A stretch of DNA of 59,782 nt, counting the filler, from Platydemus manokwari (lineage: Eukaryota), in the NCBI GenBank assembly GCA_037951405.1. It is 5 parts of 5 records of this genome, joined end to end, with 100 filler letters (N's around TTAATTAATTAA, not from the genome) between each part and the next. Parts side by side here need not be neighbours in the genome. Positions count along the whole stretch, not along the records: positions 48,759 to 59,782 come from JBBMOY010966640.1; 4 more parts are not named here. The stretch is one strand, 5' to 3'. Every line of letters begins with the position of its first letter. The first letter of the stretch is position 1. Position numbers and translations under genes: made by a program. The notes below the pieces were generated by a model, which did no database searches, was not told where the DNA came from, and saw only the letters and a program-made list of their open reading frames with translations. Positions 51,081 through 59,782 of the stretch are shown in pieces.

Positions 51081-54000
51081 TCATACATCAGCCAATAAAA
51101 TATCACTAGTATTCGATTTATCAAAATCTTTTTTGCATAATTTTTGAATGATTCCACCACCAAAAGCATCTCCGAGAATATTTGTCGCCGTTCGGGTTCG
51201 ATCACTAAAATAATGTGAAATTATCAAGTCATTAAAATATGAAAGAAAACTCACATAATCCAATCGAAAGTATAAAGTAGACTGACTTGGTGAGTTGGAA
51301 GACCTGTAGTTGATAAAGCAATTAGCATTGTTACCAAACCGGCACTGGGTATCGGTCCAGCTCCGATCGCTGCAAGAGTTGAAGTAAAACTGAAATAGTT
51401 ACAATTTGAGTCGATGGTTGTGTTTTGATTTTATAAGGTTTTCAATTAATAACTCTAACGCTATTTTAAAAATTATTTTGTAAAAGTACATATTTACACT
51501 ATACCTTAATAAAATTAAATAGATTAAAATTCGGTTATGACTTAACAACCTAGCATTAAGATTTACGAACGATTGATTATTTATAATGGAAGTGTCATTC
51601 AAAGGAACAAAAATTAAACTAAATATTTTTGGTAGAAAACCGTGGCTGAATTAATAATGGAAACTGAGTCTGGATTTCTCGACATTCATCTCAATGAAGA
51701 AATAATATAAATCCACTGAAAACATTAAAATTTGAATCAATCTAAATATTTTTACAGAATCTGTAATTTAGATTGTAAATGTGGGTCAAAATATTTATTC
51801 AAAATAAAAATTTTGATTTTTGCCAAAAACTTTTAATATAATTCAATTGAAAAGAATTTTAAATCATCAATTTTATTTCATGTTATTACTTACAACATAT
51901 TTTCAATATTTTCAACAATACGACAGCATGTACGTTGCTGAGAGAAATGACCTTGTGATGATTTATCATCTGGCATATGTGCAATTGGAGTTGAATTTTT
52001 ATTGATGTACAAGATTCATAGGGATTCATCGTTCTCGTGAGAATATCAAATTGAATTTGAATTTTTATTGAATTTTATTTGATTTTAAATTTTATTTGAT
52101 ATTGAATTTTATTTATTTTGTTTAAATAATTGTCTATGAATAGAATTGAATGTCGAGTCTTTTACAGTTCGTTTTCGATGCGTTTTTATAAAATAGTAGC
52201 GGCTTAGAGTTCTTATATCGTAAATTACATGTTTTGGTTATACTTATAAAGATTTTGTTAACACAGAATAAGTACAAAACTCAACACCAGAATTTCGTAT
52301 TAAATGATGTCTCGAATTATTATCTGAAATTTTATAATTTGTAAAGTTAAAATTGCAATCGTGCATTTTATAAATGATTTTCTAATCAGCTTAAGCTAGA
52401 GGGCATATTTTTGCAGCTCCTCGATTTCAATTCATACAATCATAGTAGGGCCGCTTCAGAACATCGAAAGACACTCTCAAAATTCTAGTCAAACATATTT
52501 CCAACTGTGCTCGGATTTTGCATCATCATCAGATTATTCTATTAATCAATGTGCTTGATGGGTCCAATATTCACGTTAAGGGTGAAAGATTCTGCTTTTC
52601 GTGCTAGTGGTGCAACAAAGCCAGTGACAACAGTGTCAATAAACATTACGTTTGGGTATCTGATATTTCAGAAGATAATTATTACAAATAATTATGTACT
52701 TCGAGCTCAATGCATAACATAAAGTAAAATCCAACTTTCATTGTCTTTGAACTCTTAGCTATTCGAAGGACAGTGACTTCGATCCAATCATCTCTCAAAA
52801 TAAATTTTCAGCCAACGCTTATATTAGTTTTGCCAAAACCTAATTAAAAATTTCAAAAAATTTAATTACGAATATCAAAAATTATGACTTTGAAACACTT
52901 AAGCGGCAAATTCAAACCAAACCATCCTAAGATACATTACATTTCGAATCAGTGAAGTAATAAAATGTAGTGATGTCCTCACGATGTTAGAATCACAGGA
53001 AGTAATTAAGCCAATACACCCGATCAGCGTACAAAGTCAAACAATTGCCACAGGAGAAGAGAATGTCTTCGACAATAAGGAACAGCAAAGTCAATTGAAT
53101 GCGTCAACGCTAGTGAAAACTATATAGCTATCACAAAATAGCAATGTGATCAAGATGTGCAGTGTATTAAATGCTCATTTATTTCGTTTCTTTTTCAACA
53201 AAGTTCGAAGTTTAGCATCATGACTTGACTCTCGACTCAACCTTGCAAAAACCCACAAAAATCCTATTCTCGTAGCCATTATATGATTATGTAACAAATT
53301 CAACGTTTCTTGCATGACCTTCATCGAAAATGTATTCTTGCAAATAAAAAAGAAATGTGTTTATAAACACTAGAAAGTATATTTTCCCCTAATTTAGTTT
53401 AATTCGCTAAGCCTATCTATCTAATTGAAAATTTTTGGGGAATGACATCATATGTTTATATATTGATTTCTATGCTAAATTATTTAATAATGGTTCTATT
53501 AACTCAAATCAAATTGACTGACATGAATAGAAAAATTGTTTGGAATGCCATTATTCATCAATTTTAGAATAGCTATTATTATGAACACAGAAATGGTTAT
53601 TGTTAAGTACTTTTAGAATTGAATTGGTAGGTCCTGGATAAGTCAGTATGTAAATATTATTGTTTGTGTTTGCAACCATTGTACATGTACTGGTGTTTCA
53701 AAATGATCCGTAAACACTTTATAAGGGATTATCAAAATTTGTTCCATCCAAGAAAATATTTCATATCTGTAAGTATAAATACTTTCATAAGATCATACTT
53801 CTTCATTTATTCGTCCAAATACAATAGACATACAATAGACATCAATATTGTCAACCATTTCTATTTTACATGAATCATTACTTAAATTTATGATAAACTA
53901 CAATATGATTGAATTTTAACAGTAATTTTTTCAGAAAAAAAAATGATCTACTTATCATATATCTACGAGCTGAGCCCACAGGGTATGAACCAAATCCAAA

Positions 54001-57000
54001 TATAAACATCAAAACAATTGGTATATTGATATATTTTATAGTTATTAAATAGAGTAACATTCACTATACATTGTAATTGTCAATAGAATAAAATATTGTC
54101 AGAAGCTAATTTTAATTGGTCAGCAAAATTTCCCCCAATCGATAAAATTGAGTGTATTAATTTTTTATTATATTCCATTGAAAGTAATGAAAAATTTATT
54201 ATGACCCTTTTAACAAAAAGCTTTGATAAATCCTCTGATAAAGGATATTTTACTTTATTTATCAAATTCCCATTTTATCTTATCAATTGAATCAAATGTA
54301 TGTATAATAATAAAAATAATTTTAAAATATATATTTGAGTGGTTAGGCTAATCATATTGTGATTCTATAATAATTAAATATTGTGATCGATGGATTACAA
54401 AATTCTTTAGTCTTGGTAACAGCAGAATTGAGTTGAAAATAGGTATTTTATCAATTAAGAATTTTTCGTTTAAGTGTTTTCCCTATAAAAAATTTAATGC
54501 AGTTCTCCCACTTAGCATTATTTATTATCTCATTTTATAGACATTTTATTAAATAAATTTTTGAAAATTATATTTTGTTAATTTTATATTTTATAGCGAA
54601 TTTTATTAACATAATAAATTAAATTATATTTATAAAATTTATAATGATAGATGTTACCAAATGATATATCAACTGTAAAGTAATATTTTGGGTGAATAAT
54701 AAATTAAAAAATATTAATCAAACCTTATCCTTATCATTTGAAGAAAGGTTAAAGGTATATCATTAATCTGTGCCACAAATAATACAGCAACTGCCTCGTA
54801 CACGCCGGTTCCATCCATATTTATGGTAGCACCGATTGGAAATATGAACTTTGTTATTCTTGAATCTATTTTATTATTTTCTTCGGCACATCTGATTGTC
54901 ACTGGTAAGGAAGCGGAACTATAATGATAATATAATTATTTGAATATTTATCATAAAACAATCGATAGAAATTAAAACTTCCTGGTAAAAGAATGAAGAA
55001 GAAACAACTGAAAGTTTAACTATTTGTAGACCTAAACAATTATATTCCAAGCATCCTACACGTTAGTTTAGTACAACAACATCCACCAGTGAGCAAATGC
55101 TTGATTAATCTATAACTATTTGTTCTCCTTGTTATTAGGTCTAAAATAATTACATTAACAGCACTCCATTTCGGAACATCATCTATTTTAGATTAAAAAT
55201 AACTACATCGCTTAGTTTGCCAATAAAACTACCAAATGACATTCTCTTAATTCATTTCATTTCCATTTATATTGTGTAAATGTGAGTTGATACCTTTTAC
55301 GGATGTGAGAAATTTAAAATGAATTAAATTTAAAAAATTAATTCAAATTTTATCTAAAATCATATTAACTTGTTTATATAAATGTATTTAAATACGTAAT
55401 TTGATGTCGTGATTTTTCAGTTCGTTTTCAAAGCGTGCTTTATAAAATAGTAGAGCCTTCCAATGGGCATAAAACGTATTTAAATATTCGATTAATTATA
55501 TTTTTAAAATAAATGATAATAACATTTTACCATTTTATCTTTTATTATTTCTGAAAACAAATTAGAGATCCAAGGCCACTAATTTGTCATAATGCATATA
55601 CAAACGATTTTCGAGGATCTTTAGTTTCAGAATTCTCAACCCATTCTTTACTGCAATGATTTACTGAATTAACTTTATAATTTACTGCCGATATACTTAT
55701 CAGAGTCGAACTCGATTATCTTTTAAAATCACTGGTATTTAAACATTCATAACTCAAAATTTCTAAATAAAATAGAAATTTTCTAATCAGATGAATTGAT
55801 AAATGTTGATAGTTGTATAATAAATTTAATGACACTTTGTTTATGATATGATTTTTATATCGAATCAAAATAAACATGTTTCCCAATTATTTTATCTACA
55901 AAGAATAATTTCTGAGATGTTGTGCCCATTATAATGATCCTTAAATTTTTAAGAATTAAAACATGTAGTTTTCATTAAAATCATTAAGATTTATTTAACA
56001 TTGCTACTAGATATTTAAAAAAATTCTGGATGTCTTGAAATGGAAGCAATTCGAGTATTTGATCACCAATTTTAATCAACGTAAAAATCCCTTTTCATAA
56101 ATTTGATTATAGATTATACATATCTGATTTCCTGAAATATATGAGTTCCCGTATTAAAAGGGTTTTCACAAAATTTTATATAAATGATTGTATCAATTTA
56201 TTCATAAATAATTTAACCTTGAATCGGTAACAAATGCAACCAACATAGCTCGTGACATTCCCCACATGAATTTGAATGGGTTTTGCCTTGTAAATATGAA
56301 ATAAATCAAAGGCAATGTGACGACCATGTGAATGAAAATCCCAGTGAAAACTGTCAATGCAAACATTCCAAGTGTTTTCAATATCGTTCCCAAATCACCA
56401 ACTTCCAACAGAGTTCCCAACACCGTAAAGAAAATTCCAATTGGAATCAATCTGAATGGAAAAACATTTCCTTTCGTTATCTATTGAAAATCAAACTGAC
56501 AAAAAGATCGTTTCGATCATTTTCATTGTCAAATCATTTAAAACATTGATAAGCTTAACCAATATTTTGCCTTTTGGGCCCATAGAGCTGAGAATTATTC
56601 CGAAAAAAATTGAGAAGAATGTTAATCCTAAAATTAAAATATTTATTTCATGTCATTCCATTAATAAGATTTTAGTTATAAATGTTGAAATGAAACTCGT
56701 CTTTGGTTATTATTTATCAAAATGTAAAATTTAATAAAAATCCATAATCAACTTAGAAAAATATTCAAAAAATATGTTTATTAAAGAATTAAATCTGTTA
56801 ATGGTAACCGAAAGTAATGATCCAATCAATGTAAAGTATATAACGATGCCCTATCTAACAATAGCCGGGACAAATCACCGATACCTTTCATTTCCAGCTT
56901 CCTAATAACCGCCTTGCTGAGGGATGCCTTTGCAACATTGAGAGCTCATATCGATTAGAGTAAAATGAAAAACCCCTCGTACACACGAGCCTTCAATTCA

Positions 57001-58926
57001 ATTATCAGTACTATGTACCAAAGTTAACAATGCAAATTTGCAATGTTGACCAGAAACGAGACAAATCTTAATAGACGAAGCTCCAAATGCATATTGTATA
57101 TATAAAGAATTCGATTGTATAAAAACCATAGGCCGATATGAGGACTTGTGCAACCACGTCGTGAAGATTTTGATGTTTATGCAAAATAAATTTTAATTTT
57201 CTATATCACAATACACAAGCAATTAACTTTCAAATAATTATAATCAACTATTAAATCTCTGTAATCCAACAGTATTTGAATTGGTTAGAAATTTCCGTTT
57301 CGGAATAATAATTGCATCATAAAATTTCATACATTCTTTTGCTAGTGATTTACAAACATACGTTATTTTTGTGGGTTACTGGAAAATTATTTTTGTAAAT
57401 TAATTAATTTTATAAAAGCTTTTTTTAAAAAAGCTTATTTTTGTAATGTTTATAAGACCTTTATGAAATAAGCATTTGCGGTCAATTGATGCTGCGATTA
57501 AATCAAACAGAAAATCAGAAGATGTCACGAATCATTATCATAATTGAATACAATATCTTCGACGTACCTACTAATGTCTCTTGTTGATTGACGTTGCTTT
57601 TTACTAAATTGTCAATAATTCTCACACAGAAATAATAGATTTCTTTGATAATGAGTATGTCTATGATTCATAGATTGGTTGGGTAGGTGCAGAAGATTTG
57701 AGTAGCAAGATTGCTAAAAATTACTGAAAACTTTTAAAGCACCTTTTGGAATTAAGATTATCTTCACGAATTAAGAGAAGTTTTCTTCAATGAACTTCAA
57801 AGATTATGTCCATGGGAGATACCCACCGAAAAGATATTGATAAAAAAGCTTCTCCAGTGAAACATAATTCAGCAGTCAATGACTATTGCTTCTGAAATTG
57901 TGATGTTTACATAATGTGGAATGTGATGACTTATTTCTTTGATTATTCACTCCAGAAAATATTGGAATGGCTTGACGTATGTAAAAATTACTAGCAGAAT
58001 TAAACAACAAGAAAATTCGTGGCTTGGAAGAGAATAAATTCAGCATAGTTACAAAAATTTCAATGTCAAACTAAAAAAGCATCAGATATACAATACAAGA
58101 AATATTAGTCAATACATGGTAGCAAAGGATAGTTGTTACGCATATTGTGCTTTGAAGTATTAATTTGTGACAAAGTACTGATCCTTTTAATCTAACAGTC
58201 TGATAATCAGTTCATGAAATATATAACTGTGCAATGGTATAACCTTCGTTTGCCTATGTATTAGCCAACGGTTCCCCGTTACCTATAAACGAATTTGATC
58301 ATTTAGTTATGTTCTCAATCTCTCAATAGTACAATATTATCAACAGATATTGTATATGACTAAAATTTAATAGTTTGATTTTCAGAACTCAAATGTAGTT
58401 TGATTCTTAATCAGCGTAGGTCAAGTATTATTGAACTTTCTACTTTTTATTATCTTATACATGCAAAAATCTTCAAACGGTAGACTATCAAGTACATTAA
58501 TGATAATAGTTGAGCCTTACCTAAAAAGTTAGGATTATGTGCATATTCGACTGTAGGTTTGAGTTTGTATGAAATAGAATAGTTACTATTATCATACATA
58601 ATTTTCGTCGATATATTCTTAAAACGTATTTCAGATTGCTGGAATGTTGATCTTATTATGTTGTCCGGAAAAAGATTACTGAAAAAATTATTATGAAATT
58701 ATTATTGAACTAAACATCAGGCACTTAAATAAATCCAATACAGATTCTATCGGATCGATTTTTTTGTTGATCTGTTCAAAATTCATCCCGATATCCTTGC
58801 TTCCTGGATGAATCATCGTCACTAGAAACATTCCTAGAAAAACAGATAAGGAAGTTGTCATCGTATAATAGGCTAAGGCATATAATCCAAGTTTTCCACT
58901 GGTTGAAATGTTTAAGGACGTTAATC
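51081..58926 (-). CDS. SLC1A: SLC1/EAAT excitatory amino acid (glutamate/aspartate) transporter; 3' seven exons, 5' end not found in the window
   Basis: Exons 58926-58725, 58678-58521, 56627-56501, 56451-56218, 54918-54724, 51389-51255 and 51204-51081 splice in frame. Motifs [55 protein letters not shown] and [19 protein letters not shown]. Confidence 0.95.
52036..52208 (+). mobile_element. solo LTR of the TRIM family, inside an EAAT intron
   Basis: Matches the LTR at 9332-9515 (CAGTTCGTTTTCGATGCG..TATAAAATAGTAGCGG). Perfect 5-bp TSD GTTCT at 52031-52035 and 52209-52213. Confidence 0.85.
55304..55462 (+). mobile_element. solo LTR of the TRIM family, inside an EAAT intron
   Basis: TGTGAG..TTGATGTCGTGATTTTTCAGTTCGTTTTC..TATAAAATAGTAG..CA; degenerate flanks ACGGA/ATGGG. 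Confidence 0.75.
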
Positions 58927-59782
58927 CTAAATATAGAATAAATTTAGAATTTAATTAAACTGTTAAAGTACAGTTTAAAAATCCAGTTCAAAAATGAAAC
59001 TTTGTTAAATCCACTGCTATTGTTAAAAAATAATATTATTAGAATATAATTTTGCATTATAGCTTATATTTAAATTTCATATGCGTTATCAGATAAAATT
59101 TTGGTCTTTTAGAAAATTAGATTTATTGATTTATAATTAAAATCCAAATATCTAGTACTTTTCTTCTAGGCTGCAAAGCAGATTTGGGAAACTTAAGAGA
59201 TATAAGAATGATAATGTTTTTAAAATATATTCTTTGATATTTTAATAATTGATATACTCAAAAGTAAAGTTAATAATTACATAATAGTTATGCATGGTAG
59301 CCATTCGAGATCAGGTATTTACAATATGAAATCCAATCGAAGTTGTTTTTGGTTCATACTTTTAGAGATTTTTGCATTTTATTGTATTTATTAATTTATG
59401 AAACACAATGTATTGTGAAATTATATTTTCAAGTACTTGTGCTGTTGATATACAATCAGAGCATTTGAATTTGCCAAGGAAATTAATATGGAATCAATAA
59501 CAAATTCAAATTTACTGAAAATGTACTTACAATATGATAAATTTCACAACCGGAAACAACTTTCACTGACTATTTTTTATGCATTTGAAATTAGCAATTT
59601 GATTATTAACCCTATAAATGAAAGGCGTCTCATGAATGTAAAAATTAATAATCATACGAGCTGAATGAAAATCAAATTATTAGGTTGGTGCAAAAATAAT
59701 GGCCATTATCTAACAGCAACTTTAAAAGACTATAACTCGCTTAAAAAATAAGTTTATTAATCAAAATAAAGCCCATTGGATT

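Noticed and set aside
56283-56734. Plus-strand ORFs of 88 and 92 aa
   Set aside because: Antisense shadows of EAAT exons.

Overview
AT-rich eukaryotic (metazoan) genomic scaffold with mostly ~45-60 nt GT-AG introns. This is compatible with a flatworm-like invertebrate, but the taxon cannot be proven from the sequence. Four 100-nt artificial gaps (N44-TTAATTAATTAA-N44) join five contigs. Genes reconstructed by hand from splice sites: a short Ski/SnoN-family corepressor (+); a locus of divergent poly-ubiquitin-like (UBL) genes (+); two orphan HERC1-like RCC1-repeat exons (-); a 7-exon ZNF830-like gene with a GC-AG intron (-); and the 3' seven exons of an SLC1/EAAT glutamate transporter (-). The standout is the UBL locus. 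It has 13 intact UBL domains and about 2 decayed ones, one domain per exon, joined by phase-2 introns that usually split the Arg74 codon. The introns of the first array are strongly conserved while the exons are only about 50% identical as protein. No junction keeps the Gly-Gly motif, and most splice donors are followed immediately by an in-frame stop. Mobile DNA includes a TRIM-like miniature LTR family (one full copy, solo LTRs, one LTR split by a Merlin transposon), plus hAT, Tc1/mariner and pogo remnants and MITEs. All identities and alignments were done by eye; no database searches were run.
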